NCBI GenBank assembly: GCA_965203905.1
Contig: CBDBDQ010000005.1
Coordinates: 7,584,001-7,648,000 of the forward strand
Reading direction: 5' to 3'
DNA length: 64,000 bases
Source of the DNA: Spirochaetia bacterium
GTDB lineage: Bacteria; Spirochaetota; Spirochaetia; SZUA-6; Bin103
Part shown: positions 1 to 9,662 of the stretch, one piece after another
Layout of the letters: each line of letters opens with the position of its first letter
Position numbering within the stretch: position 1 is the first letter of the stretch
Translations under genes and position numbers: made by a program
The notes under the pieces: model-generated
What the model was told of the DNA's origin: nothing
Database searches by the model: none
What the model saw: the letters and a program-made list of their open reading frames with translations, nothing else

Positions 1-612
1 CTGGTGGCGACCGTGGCGGCCGCCATCGGCGTGTTCGGGCCGGCCAGGATCCCCAGCCGCGAGTGGCTGCAGGCGCTGCACCGCGACCAGCCGGAGGAGG
101 AGCGCAACTCGATGTGGTGGGCGCGGCTGCTGCTCCTGTTCCACGGCGCCGTGCTGGTGCTCTCGCTCAGCAACGGCCTGTGGGTGCTGCCGATCATCGT
201 GAGCTGCTTCCCCTTCATCGCCAACTGGCTCACCTACTTCGTGGGCCTGCCGATGCACTGCGGCCTGCGCGACAACGTCCCGGATTTCCGCAAGTGCGTC
301 CGCTCCATCACCCTGCCGCGGTTCGTGGAATTCGTGTACTGGCACATGAACTGGCACACCGAGCACCACATGTACGCCGGGGTGCCCTGCTACCACCTGG
401 CGAAGCTGTACCGGGAGGTGGCCGCGGACATGCCGCCGCCGCGCACCCTGGTGCAGGCCTGGCGCGAGATGCGGGCCATCTGGCGGCGGCAGAAGAGCGA
501 GCCGGACTACCAGTTCGACACCCCCCTGCCGGAGGGCGCGGGCAGCACCCCGGACCACCAGCCGGACGCGGTGGAGGAATCGATCGGCGAGCTGGCCCCG
601 AAGCGCCTGTGA
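1..612 (+). CDS. Fatty acid desaturase-family di-iron protein, 5' part outside the window
   Basis: Third His box WHTEHH with PMHCGL and VPCYHL; clear paralog of 30262..31491. Confidence 0.85.
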   Translation: MVATVAAAIGVFGPARIPSREWLQALHRDQPEEERNSMWWARLLLLFHGAVLVLSLSNGLWVLPIIVSCFPFIANWLTYFVGLPMHCGLRDNVPDFRKCVRSITLPRFVEFVYWHMNWHTEHHMYAGVPCYHLAKLYREVAADMPPPRTLVQAWREMRAIWRRQKSEPDYQFDTPLPEGAGSTPDHQPDAVEESIGELAPKRL

Positions 613-664
613 GCGCCGGCGCCTGCAGCCGGGCGCCATAGCCAAGCGCCGGTAGCCAGGCGAA

Positions 665-2314
665 TCAGCGTCCGGGCGGCAGCTCCTCCGGCCTCAGGTA
701 GTAGCCCTTGAGGCATGCCTTGCCGGAAGGCGAGTCCTCGTTGGTGTAGTCGGCGACGAACAGCCGTCCATCCGGCAGCGGAACCCAGCTCGAGTAGCCG
801 TGATCGGGACTGGGGTTGGAGTTGTAGTCCAACTCCAGCCAGCGATCGATCTCGTACTGATTGGGACACTCGTTGCTCGCGGCCTGCCACTCGTAGCGGT
901 GGTCATGGTCGGTCGGGTTCTCGACCCGGTAGCGGACCGAGCGCAGACTCAGCGTGCCGCCGTGCTCCGGATCGCTGCCGAACCAGGAGCGCTCCAGCAG
1001 CGTCTCCTGGAACACCAGGTTGCGAATCACCGACTTCCCGTCCACATGGATCTCGATCTTGCCGTCCCGGTACTCGACGGTGAGCTCCCGCCACCGCCCC
1101 ATATCGACGGCACATGACTGGTCGATCGCGCGGCCGCCGTTCAGGCTGAGCCGGTCGGCTCCGATGAGCAGGTCTACGCCGACCCTGGCCAGCTTGATCC
1201 GGCCGCAGAATGCGCCCCCGTCGCCGGTCGCCCTGACCGCCCCGCTGAACGACACGTCGCTGTAGAGGCTCTCGGGAGGGAACAGGTGGTAGCGGATGCC
1301 GTCGATGCGCTCATTGGCGATCACCAGGGCGCCGCCGGTCAGCGTGACGTGCTCGGCAAGCCGCTCCAGGTGAGCTCGCGAAGCTCCCGCGGAGCCCGCT
1401 GCCGCCCCGCTCACGCGGTGCGCCGGTCCGCCGGCGGACAGCGATACCCGGTAGCCCGCCGCCTGCTCCAGGTCCCCGACCCAGGCGTAGAGCCCGGGAA
1501 CGCCGCCCTGGTTGCGGTGCGTCACCAGCACCCGCCCGTCGTCGAGCTGGCCGGGAAACGGACGGTCTCCCGAGAAGGGCGCCGGGACCGGCTCCGACCA
1601 ACTGCGGCCGGCGTCGTCGGAGAACGCCAGGTAGGACGGGTAGTTGTTGTGGTTGCTCTCGCGCATGATGCACGCCAGCCGGCCGGAGCGGAGCGGCAGC
1701 AGCGCCCCCTCGACGAAGTGGTGGACCCGGTCGCTGGCCACGATCGCCAGCCGCTGCCAGGTCCTGCCGCCGTCGGTGGAGCGCGAAACCGCTTCGCCCT
1801 TCTTGCGGGTGGCGCGGAACATATAGTGGGAGCCGACCAGCAGGGTGCCGTCCTCCAGCTCGCGCACCCGGTCCGGCTCGATGCCGGGTATGCCGGTCGC
1901 GACTCGCGGACCCCAGGTGTCCCCATCGTCCTCGCTCCACCAGGCGTAGATGCCCGGCGGCTGCGATTCGTGACAGTGCTGGTAGTCGTTCTGGTCGCAC
2001 AGGATCACCAGCCGCCCGTCGCGCAGCCGGCTGATGCGCGGCGTGACCCAGCGTTCCTCGCCGCGGCTCCGGTACGCCTGGTCCACGATGCGGGGACTGC
2101 CCCAGGTGGCGCCGTGGTCGCTGCTCTCCAGCACCGTGATACGGGAGAACTCCCTGGGCCAGTGGTAGTCGGTTTCGTTGAACACGCACAGCAGCTTGCC
2201 GCCGGGCAGGAGCACGATGTCGGGATTCTTGGTGAAGTAGCGGTCGTCCCGGTAGATGGTTACCTGGCGCTCGCTCCGATCCAGGCTGAGCGCGCTGACC
2301 CGCGGTGGCGCCAT
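665..2314 (-). CDS. Sialidase-like BNR/Asp-box beta-propeller hydrolase with an inserted beta-sandwich region
   Basis: Asp boxes SSDHGATW, SEDDGDTW, STDGGRTW, SDDAGRSW; terminal DHGYSS blade; ATG 2314 just after the SDR stop (the tracked ORF extension upstream of 2314 overlaps the SDR in another frame). Confidence 0.8.
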   Translation of the reverse strand: MAPPRVSALSLDRSERQVTIYRDDRYFTKNPDIVLLPGGKLLCVFNETDYHWPREFSRITVLESSDHGATWGSPRIVDQAYRSRGEERWVTPRISRLRDGRLVILCDQNDYQHCHESQPPGIYAWWSEDDGDTWGPRVATGIPGIEPDRVRELEDGTLLVGSHYMFRATRKKGEAVSRSTDGGRTWQRLAIVASDRVHHFVEGALLPLRSGRLACIMRESNHNNYPSYLAFSDDAGRSWSEPVPAPFSGDRPFPGQLDDGRVLVTHRNQGGVPGLYAWVGDLEQAAGYRVSLSAGGPAHRVSGAAAGSAGASRAHLERLAEHVTLTGGALVIANERIDGIRYHLFPPESLYSDVSFSGAVRATGDGGAFCGRIKLARVGVDLLIGADRLSLNGGRAIDQSCAVDMGRWRELTVEYRDGKIEIHVDGKSVIRNLVFQETLLERSWFGSDPEHGGTLSLRSVRYRVENPTDHDHRYEWQAASNECPNQYEIDRWLELDYNSNPSPDHGYSSWVPLPDGRLFVADYTNEDSPSGKACLKGYYLRPEELPPGR

Positions 2315-2316
2315 GC

Positions 2317-3138
2317 TCAGGGCATGAACAGGCCGCCACTGACGTGGAGGCACTGTCCGGTGACGTATTCGGCGCCATCCGAGGCGAAGAACGCGACCGC
2401 GTGGGCCACGTCTTCCGGCTCCCCTCGGCGGCGGGTGAGAATCGGGATGCCGAGCCAGCGCAACTCCTGCTCCTCGTCGATGCGCACCGGCTCGGTACGC
2501 TCCTCCTCCACGTCCCGGTACTTGCGGATCATGCAGGGAAGGATGGCGTTGGCCGTGACGTAGGGCGCACCCTCGTGGGCGATGCCCTTGGTCATCGCGA
2601 TCAGGGCCGCCTTGGAGGCGGCATAGGTGGCAAACGAGCCGCCGCCGGTCCCGTACACCGCTATGTTGGAAGAGATCGTCACGAAGCGCCCGAACCTGCG
2701 CTCCATCATGCCCGGCAGCAACTTGCGGGCCAGGGCGAAGGTGGCACGCGCGTTGACGTTCATCACCCGGTCCCATTCCTCGTAGGTCGTGTCGACGATC
2801 TTGTGCGGCTGGCCGGTCCCGCTGTTGCTCACCAGGATGTCCACCCTGCCGCAGGCGGCCTCCGCCTGGCGCACCAGCTCCTCGCACTGCGCGACGTCGG
2901 CGACGTCGGCCTGGACCGTGACCGCGCGCCTGCCCATGGCGGTGACCTTGCCGCAGACCTTGTTCGCCTCGTCGCGGCTGGTGTGGTAGTTGATCACCAC
3001 GTCGGCACCGGCCCGCGCCAGTGCCAGTGAGATGGTGGCCCCGATGCTGCGCCCGCCGCCGGTGACCAGCGCCACCCTGCCGGCCAGGTCAATCGCTCCT
3101 GTCTTCGACTCGATCACTGATTCCCGCCTCCTGCTCAT
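2317..3138 (-). CDS. SDR family oxidoreductase (FabG-like)
   Basis: TGGGRSIG Rossmann motif, YAASK catalytic motif, VTGQCLHVSGG tail; alternative GTG start at 3117 with AGGAGG. Confidence 0.9.
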   Translation of the reverse strand: MSRRRESVIESKTGAIDLAGRVALVTGGGRSIGATISLALARAGADVVINYHTSRDEANKVCGKVTAMGRRAVTVQADVADVAQCEELVRQAEAACGRVDILVSNSGTGQPHKIVDTTYEEWDRVMNVNARATFALARKLLPGMMERRFGRFVTISSNIAVYGTGGGSFATYAASKAALIAMTKGIAHEGAPYVTANAILPCMIRKYRDVEEERTEPVRIDEEQELRWLGIPILTRRRGEPEDVAHAVAFFASDGAEYVTGQCLHVSGGLFMP

Positions 3139-3161
3139 CGATTCCTGTTCCGCTGGTGCCG

Positions 3162-4166
3162 TCACGAAAGTGGAAAGTGGCACGCCACCTGACGCTCGCC
3201 GCCCCGAAAGGACAGCAGTTCCGGCTCTTCGGCCTGACAGATCTCCTGGACGTACGGGCAGCGGGTATGGAACGGACATCCGGCCGGCCGCTCGGCCGCC
3301 CCCGGGATGTCTCCCCGCAGCATGATCCTGCGCGCACTCAGATGTGGATTCGGCTCCGGAATGGCCGAGAACAGCGCCTCCGTATACGGGTAGAGGGGCT
3401 TCTCGAACACCTCGTCGGTGTCGCCGATCTCCACGATCTTTCCAAGGTACATGATGGCGATCCGGTCACTCACGTGCCGGATCACGCTCAGATCGTGGGT
3501 GACGAAGAGGATCGACAGGTTCATCTCCTGCTGCAGGTCGAGCAGGAGGTTGAGGATCTGTGCCTGTACCGATACGTCCAACGCCGATGTCGGCTCATCG
3601 GCCAACAGCAGCTTCGGATCCGTAGCCAGCGCGCGCCCTATCCCGATGCGCTGCTGCTGACCGCCGCTCAACATGAAGGGGTAGCGATTCAGATGGACGT
3701 GGTCCAGCCGTACGCTCTTCATGATCCGCTCCACTCTCTCGTCCAGCTCGTCTCTATCGTCCACCAAGTGGTACGCCTTTATCGGCTCGGCAATGATGTC
3801 CCTGACTCTGAACCTCGGATTCAAGGATGACTGAGGATCCTGGAATATGACGCGGATCTGCTGCCGCAGGCGCTTGAGCGCGTCCTTCTCCAGCATCATG
3901 ATGTCGGTAGAATCACCATCGCCATCGGCGTTGAACAGAATCTGCCCGGCGGTCGGCTCCACGGCTCGCACGATAGCCCGCAGCGTCGTGGTCTTGCCAC
4001 ACCCGCTCTCCCCCACCAGCCCCAGCGTCTCACCATCGTGGATGGAAAAACTTATCTCATCAACCGCGCTGATCCACCCCACCGTGCGCTTGAAGATGCC
4101 GCGACGTATGGGAAAGTCTTTACGCAGACCCTTCACCTCGAGCACCGGCCTGGCTTCAGCCTGCAT
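3162..4166 (-). CDS. oppF: Oligopeptide/dipeptide ABC transporter ATP-binding protein (OppF-like)
   Basis: GESGCGKT, LSGGQQQR, DEPTSALD, C-terminal GCPFHTRCP. Confidence 0.92.
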   Translation of the reverse strand: MQAEARPVLEVKGLRKDFPIRRGIFKRTVGWISAVDEISFSIHDGETLGLVGESGCGKTTTLRAIVRAVEPTAGQILFNADGDGDSTDIMMLEKDALKRLRQQIRVIFQDPQSSLNPRFRVRDIIAEPIKAYHLVDDRDELDERVERIMKSVRLDHVHLNRYPFMLSGGQQQRIGIGRALATDPKLLLADEPTSALDVSVQAQILNLLLDLQQEMNLSILFVTHDLSVIRHVSDRIAIMYLGKIVEIGDTDEVFEKPLYPYTEALFSAIPEPNPHLSARRIMLRGDIPGAAERPAGCPFHTRCPYVQEICQAEEPELLSFRGGERQVACHFPLS

Positions 4167-5160
4167 ACAGATGGCACCTTGCGTAGTGGTTCTCGCCCAC
4201 CTCCAGCAGAGGCGGAACGGCTGCATCACAGGTTCCCGCCATGAACTCCGGACACCGGTCACTGAACAGGCACCCCCGAGGTCGCGCGAAGGCATCGGGC
4301 AATGCCCCGCCGATTACGGCGAGGTGCTGTTTGCGCTTGATGTCCGTGCGCGGAATCGACTTGAACAGGAGCTGGGTATAGGGATGTCTCGGTGCATCGT
4401 AGATGGCCGTCACCGAGCCCATCTCCACCACCCTTCCCAGGTACATGACAATGACTTCCCGGCACACCTGGGCAATCACTCCCAGGTCGTGGGTAATGAA
4501 CAGCACCGACATGTCCCGCTCTTCCTCGAGCCTGCTCAGGAGGTCCAGGAACTTCGCCTGAATCGTCACGTCGATCGCGGTAGTCGGCTCATCCGCTATC
4601 AGCAGATCCGGCTCCGCGGCCAGTGCCACGGCCATCAGGGCACGCTGCCGCATACCCCCGCTCAACTCGAACGAATATGCCTTCAGATGACTCTTCGGTT
4701 TGGGTATGCCCACCTCGTCGAGCAGCTCGACCGCCTTCTCCCTGGCCTCCTTCGGCGCCACCCTGGGATAGTGCGTGCGAATCGATTCGACAATCTGGTT
4801 GCCAATGGTATGCACCGGGCTCAGGCAGGTCATGGGATCCTGGAAGATCATGGCGATCCTCCTGCCGCGATACTCCCGTATCTCCTTGCCGTTCGGATCC
4901 AGGCTCAGCAAGTCCACGGAACTCCCGCCGTCCGCAGGTTGAAACAGCACCTTCCCGTGCTCCAGCTTGCCGGGGATCTGCACGATGTTGAGCAGCGCAC
5001 GAGCCGTGACCGACTTGCCGCAGCCGCTCTCCCCGACCAGGCCAACCGAGGTCTTTGCTCGCAGATCGAAGGAAACATCGTCCACCGCGTGCACCACGCC
5101 GCTGTCGGTGTAGAAGTTCACCGTCAGATTTCTGATCCGGAGCAGTGGCTGCGCTGCCAT
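4156..5160 (-). CDS. oppD: Oligopeptide/dipeptide ABC transporter ATP-binding protein (OppD-like)
   Basis: GESGCGKS, LSGGMRQR, DEPTTAID, HPYT. Confidence 0.92.
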   Translation of the reverse strand: MAAQPLLRIRNLTVNFYTDSGVVHAVDDVSFDLRAKTSVGLVGESGCGKSVTARALLNIVQIPGKLEHGKVLFQPADGGSSVDLLSLDPNGKEIREYRGRRIAMIFQDPMTCLSPVHTIGNQIVESIRTHYPRVAPKEAREKAVELLDEVGIPKPKSHLKAYSFELSGGMRQRALMAVALAAEPDLLIADEPTTAIDVTIQAKFLDLLSRLEEERDMSVLFITHDLGVIAQVCREVIVMYLGRVVEMGSVTAIYDAPRHPYTQLLFKSIPRTDIKRKQHLAVIGGALPDAFARPRGCLFSDRCPEFMAGTCDAAVPPLLEVGENHYARCHLYAG

Positions 5161-5173
5161 GGTGCCGTGCCGG

Positions 5174-6283
5174 CTACTTGTAGGGATCCGCCGCATCGCG
5201 CAGTCCATCGCCGAAAAAGTTGAAGGCCAGGACGATGATGACGACGAACAGCCCCGGAAGGAAGAGCCACGGTGCGGACACCACCGTCCTGGTATTCTGT
5301 GCCGCCGCGAGCAGCACGCCCCAACTGATGGCGGGCGCTCTCAGTCCGATGCCAAGAAAGCTGAGGCTGGTCTCCCCCAGGATCATGCCCGGTATGGACA
5401 GGCTCGCCGACGCCACGATGTGACTGAAGAACGAAGGCAGCATGTGGCGGAACATGATACCACCGGTGGTAACGCCGTCGAGCCGCGCCGAGACCACGAA
5501 GTCCTCGCCTCTGAGCGACAGGAATTTGCCGCGCACGACACGCGCCATGCCTGGCCATCCCAGGAACGACAGGATGACGGAGATGGCGAAGAAGACCTGG
5601 ATCACGGACCAGTCGAGCGGGAGAGCCGCGCTCAGCCCCATCCACAACGGGAGCGTCGGAATGGAAGTAAGCACCTCGATTATTCGCTGGATGGTGATGT
5701 CGAGAAACCCGCCGAAGTAACCGGACAGCGAACCTAATGTGATGCCGATCAGGAAACTGATGGCGACGCCGACGAAGCCAATCGAGAGCGAAAGCCGGGC
5801 ACCATAGATGACGCGCGACAACAGGTCGCGGCCGTCGGTATCGGTGCCGAAGAAGTACACTCTTGCATCCGCCGTGGTACCGGCAAGGTGGAGGTCACTG
5901 TGCCACAGGCCCCACAGTCGGTAGGAGTCGCCGCGGACCAACAGCGCGACCGGATAGGTCGTGGTCCGATCCACTTGGTAACGGTGGCCAAAGCCGGGTT
6001 TCTTCTGCAACCCATACACGAACGGCCACTGCAATCGGCCGTCGGCAAAGATACGGATCAGCATTGGGGGTGCCGATGGATGCTGGATGTCACGCACACC
6101 AGGATCGTAGGGTGCAAAGAATTCCGCGAACACCGCGATGCAGTACAACGCCAGGATCACGACCCCGGAGACGACCGCCACCCGGTTCTTCCGGAACTTG
6201 CGCCAGGTCAACTGCCACTGCGACGCAGCATACGGAGGGTCTCCGGCGCGACCCGCTCGCAGTCTCGGCCTCGCTTTCAACAT
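5174..6283 (-). CDS. oppC: Family-5 ABC transporter permease (OppC-like)
   Basis: FGTDTDGRDLLSR, EAA-like loop, GDGLRDAADP end. Confidence 0.92.
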   Translation of the reverse strand: MLKARPRLRAGRAGDPPYAASQWQLTWRKFRKNRVAVVSGVVILALYCIAVFAEFFAPYDPGVRDIQHPSAPPMLIRIFADGRLQWPFVYGLQKKPGFGHRYQVDRTTTYPVALLVRGDSYRLWGLWHSDLHLAGTTADARVYFFGTDTDGRDLLSRVIYGARLSLSIGFVGVAISFLIGITLGSLSGYFGGFLDITIQRIIEVLTSIPTLPLWMGLSAALPLDWSVIQVFFAISVILSFLGWPGMARVVRGKFLSLRGEDFVVSARLDGVTTGGIMFRHMLPSFFSHIVASASLSIPGMILGETSLSFLGIGLRAPAISWGVLLAAAQNTRTVVSAPWLFLPGLFVVIIVLAFNFFGDGLRDAADPYK

Positions 6284-6289
6284 GGTCCG

Positions 6290-7276
6290 TCAGGTGTACC
6301 GGATTCTCGGGTCCACGATCGCCAGCAGAATGTCGGACAGGAATACGCCGGCGATCGTGAACACGGAAATCAGCATCAGGTAGGCTCCGGCCAACTGCAT
6401 GTCCTGCGTCAGCAGCGCCTCCAGGAACAGTGGGCCCGCGGTCGGGAGTCCGAGCACCACCGAGACTATCACTTCACCCGAAACTATGCCGGGCAGCACC
6501 CAGCCAACCGACGAAATGAAGGGATTGATGGCAATCCGTACCGGGTACTTGAACACCAGGCGGCGCTCCGACAGCCCCTTCGCCCGCGCCATCTCGACAT
6601 AGGACTTGCCCAGCTCGTCGAGCAGGTTGGCACGGGTGATGCGGATCAGCCCCGCGGTCCCGGCGGTGCCGATGACCACGATGGGAATCCACACGTGCTT
6701 CAACAGATCCACCACTTTCCCCACACTCCACGAGGCCCGCAAGTATTCGGTCGAGAACAGGCCACCGATGGAGATCCCGAACAGGACATTGCTGGAATAG
6801 AGCAGCACCAGGGCCAGCAGAAAATCAGGAATGGATAGACCGAGAAAGCCGATCAAGGTCCAGAACCGGTCGGGGATGGAATACTGATGGGTGGCCGAAT
6901 AGATGCCGATGGGGAAGCCGACGGTCCAGACGAACAGGGTGGAGGACAGCGAGATCACCATGCTGGTGACAAAACGGCCCGCCACGATTTCCTTTACCGG
7001 GGCGCGCCAGGAGAGGGAGTAGCCGAGGTCACCCCTCAGGAGATGCCCGATCCACCTGAGGTAGCGAATGTGGAGCGGCTTGTCCAGGCCCCACGCCTTG
7101 CGCAACTCCTCCTCGACCGAACTCATGCTTGCAGATTCGGTGCGTTGCGCTTCCGCGGTAATGTAACTGGTAACGAAGTCGCCCGGCGGCGCTTCCATGA
7201 TCAGGAATGAGAGCATCGAAATGAGAAGCAGAGTGGGGGCCGTGAGCAAGAGGCGACGAATGAGGTACGTGGTCAA
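6290..7276 (-). CDS. oppB: Family-5 ABC transporter permease (OppB-like)
   Basis: YLIRRLL start, GDLGYS, ARAKGL, DPRIRY end. Confidence 0.92.
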   Translation of the reverse strand: MTTYLIRRLLLTAPTLLLISMLSFLIMEAPPGDFVTSYITAEAQRTESASMSSVEEELRKAWGLDKPLHIRYLRWIGHLLRGDLGYSLSWRAPVKEIVAGRFVTSMVISLSSTLFVWTVGFPIGIYSATHQYSIPDRFWTLIGFLGLSIPDFLLALVLLYSSNVLFGISIGGLFSTEYLRASWSVGKVVDLLKHVWIPIVVIGTAGTAGLIRITRANLLDELGKSYVEMARAKGLSERRLVFKYPVRIAINPFISSVGWVLPGIVSGEVIVSVVLGLPTAGPLFLEALLTQDMQLAGAYLMLISVFTIAGVFLSDILLAIVDPRIRYT

Positions 7277-7316
7277 GGAGCCTCCTGGTGACGGACGCCG
7301 GGACCCAGCGGGATGC

Positions 7317-7343
7317 CGAGGGGAGCGAGACTCGCTCCCCTCG
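7317..7343 (-). terminator. Strong stem-loop between SBP and permease (mRNA stabiliser or attenuator)
   Basis: CGAGGGGAGCGAG-A-CTCGCTCCCCTCG, perfect 13-nt arms, no U tract. Confidence 0.6.
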
Positions 7344-7365
7344 CACTAGACCTCAGGAAACCTGC

Positions 7366-9345
7366 TCAGGACTTGAGAAAGTAGATACTGGGCCGCCCCT
7401 TGTCACCGCCGCGGTCGAACGGCAGCGCCTCTCTGGGCCAGTTCTCCAGCCGTGAGCTGTATATCTTGTAGTAACCGGACGATTTGACGGTCCCGATGGT
7501 CCACAGATTGTCAGCCGCGATGTCGGCGATCCGCTGCCAGTTTGCCGTGAGCACGTCAGGATCGATGGAAGCCAGACCTTCCGTGTACAGCGCCAGCGCT
7601 TCCTGCAAGTCGGGTGGGGGCGCTTCGCCCTGCTCACCGTCCGATACCCACCACTGCTGCCACAGGGGAGCCCAGGCGGCGTCGAACGAGTCGACCGGCA
7701 CCACGTTCGAGGCGTAGGGCCCGGTCCAGATGAACCCTTCACCGCCCATTCCCGGACCGCCCATGATGATGGCGTCCAGCTCGTTGCCCTTGATCAACTG
7801 ATACGCCTGCCCGCCATTCATGGCGCGCAGGTTCACATCCACGCCGACCGCCTTCAGGTCGTCCGCGATCAGCTCCGCTATGCGGTCCTGCCTGCCACCG
7901 TACGTTACCAGGTTGATCTGCAGCTTCTCGCCATCGGGCCGCACCAGGATGCCGTCTTCACCCTCCTCCAGACCGATCTCCGCGAGCAGCGCCCGGGCCT
8001 TGTCCGGGTCATGCTCCAACGCGGTATGAGCGAGTCCTTCGTGGTAGTAGACACTGTTCTCCCAGGGCGCGGCCTGCCACGGCTCGGTGAGCCCATAGTA
8101 TATCAGTTGATTGATCTGCTCCCGGTTGATGGCATGAGATGCCGCGAAGCGAAACCGCTTGTCTCTGAAGATCTCTCTCAAGACCGGATCCTGGTGGGTC
8201 AGGTTGAACTGCAGGCCAGCCTCCACGAAGGTGGTATTGGCGTACTTCATGGGGACGATCTTGTCCCCGCCTTCCCCTTCCGTGGCCAGGCTGTAGGTCT
8301 CGAAGTCGACGCCCGCAAGATCCAGCTCGCCGGCCAGCGCCTTCAGGTTGACGACCTCGCGATCGAGTCCCGTAAAGCGGTAGAGCTCGTCTATATAAGG
8401 AAGCTGATTGCCGGCCGGATCGACCGCCCAGAAGTAGGCGTTGCGCCTCATGACGATGTCATCCGGAGCGCCCTGAACCAGCACCCAGGGCAGCAGGATC
8501 GGCCGCTCCGTGTTGTGCGTGCCGCCGGTATCGGTCATGTGTGCGAACAGCTTCAGCCATGACTCGAAGCCCTCTTCCTTCACCAGCTCATCCAGCTCGT
8601 CCTTGTCCGCATAGGTCGGATGGTATTGCTTCCAGTACTCGCGCTGGAAGCCGGCCACCGCTTTCCCCGCCCAGACGTAGAACAATACCAGCGTGGGCCG
8701 GGAAAACACGAACTGCACGGTGTAGTCGTCAATCTTTCTGACGTCTTCCCAGATACCCGAGTTTTGTTGCGATCGCGTATAGAAGGCGGGAGCCTCTTCC
8801 ATGGTGTAGACGTCTTCCCACCAGAACAGGATGTCGTCGGCGGTAAAGGGACTTCCATCGGACCACCTGGTGCCCTCGCGAAGGTGTATGGTCCAGACGC
8901 TGCCGCCTTCGCTCTTCACGATCTCCTTCGCCAGATTCGGATAGATGTTGTATTCCCAACTGTGTTGGGGAACAGCCAATCCGTAGAGGCTGTAGGGTTC
9001 TGCCCCGTAGGTTTTGGCGGCCCACGGCCCAGCCATGAACATCGTGCCGCCATAGGTTCCGATCTTTTTCCCCAGCACGAGGGGCTCCAACGGGAGGCGT
9101 TCGGCGACCGCTGGAAGCACTCCTGCAGCCACCCTCTCGGCGAGCATGGGAGCCTCCTTGAACTCGCCTACCGTATTCCCGGTGGCCGCCTCATAGGCGG
9201 CCGGCGTGGCCCAGTGATAGGTGTCACCGGCAACCTCGACATATTCCTCGGCGACAGCGGCAGACTGCTCCGCCTCCGGCGCTGCGAACGCGGCCATGCC
9301 GGCAGCGCCAAGCAGAAGAACGCCAAACCATATAACTTTTCTCAT
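7366..9345 (-). CDS. ABC transporter substrate-binding protein, family 5 (copy A)
   Basis: Signal peptide, EAPMLAERV..LPAVAERLP, LREGTRWSDGSPFTADD, GNQLPYID; AGGAG RBS. Confidence 0.92.
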   Translation of the reverse strand: MRKVIWFGVLLLGAAGMAAFAAPEAEQSAAVAEEYVEVAGDTYHWATPAAYEAATGNTVGEFKEAPMLAERVAAGVLPAVAERLPLEPLVLGKKIGTYGGTMFMAGPWAAKTYGAEPYSLYGLAVPQHSWEYNIYPNLAKEIVKSEGGSVWTIHLREGTRWSDGSPFTADDILFWWEDVYTMEEAPAFYTRSQQNSGIWEDVRKIDDYTVQFVFSRPTLVLFYVWAGKAVAGFQREYWKQYHPTYADKDELDELVKEEGFESWLKLFAHMTDTGGTHNTERPILLPWVLVQGAPDDIVMRRNAYFWAVDPAGNQLPYIDELYRFTGLDREVVNLKALAGELDLAGVDFETYSLATEGEGGDKIVPMKYANTTFVEAGLQFNLTHQDPVLREIFRDKRFRFAASHAINREQINQLIYYGLTEPWQAAPWENSVYYHEGLAHTALEHDPDKARALLAEIGLEEGEDGILVRPDGEKLQINLVTYGGRQDRIAELIADDLKAVGVDVNLRAMNGGQAYQLIKGNELDAIIMGGPGMGGEGFIWTGPYASNVVPVDSFDAAWAPLWQQWWVSDGEQGEAPPPDLQEALALYTEGLASIDPDVLTANWQRIADIAADNLWTIGTVKSSGYYKIYSSRLENWPREALPFDRGGDKGRPSIYFLKS

Positions 9346-9580
9346 CGCAATTGCTCCTACGACGATGTGGTGTGCGTGGACACCTCACGGCGAGAATCGG
9401 ATGTTCCCGCGACGACAGTCGGAGTGGTGGTCATTCAGCGCATGGTCCTCCTTGCTGCACTGCCTGATGCAGAGGAGTTCATCGTAGCGACAACACGGCG
9501 GGGGCGGGAAGAAGCGATAGTCCGAACAGGTCGTCGAGTCCGGAACCATGGGACGCCGTCCTGCGTGCAACCGGTCATCC

Positions 9581-9609
9581 ATCCTATTGCACCTCCGGCC
9601 GACCGTCAA
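9581..9609 (-). promoter_or_regulatory. Putative sigma70 promoter of the SBP-opp-SDR-sialidase operon
   Basis: TTGACG-17 nt-TAGGAT on the minus strand. Confidence 0.5.
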
Positions 9610-9662
9610 CGAGATGGACCGGGAACGACTTCACGCACATGGTCCGACCGACGTCGCTCACT

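Noticed and set aside
9385-9609. Cys-rich 74-aa ORF as a peptide precursor
   Set aside because: Starts inside the predicted promoter, has no RBS, and no modifying enzymes are adjacent
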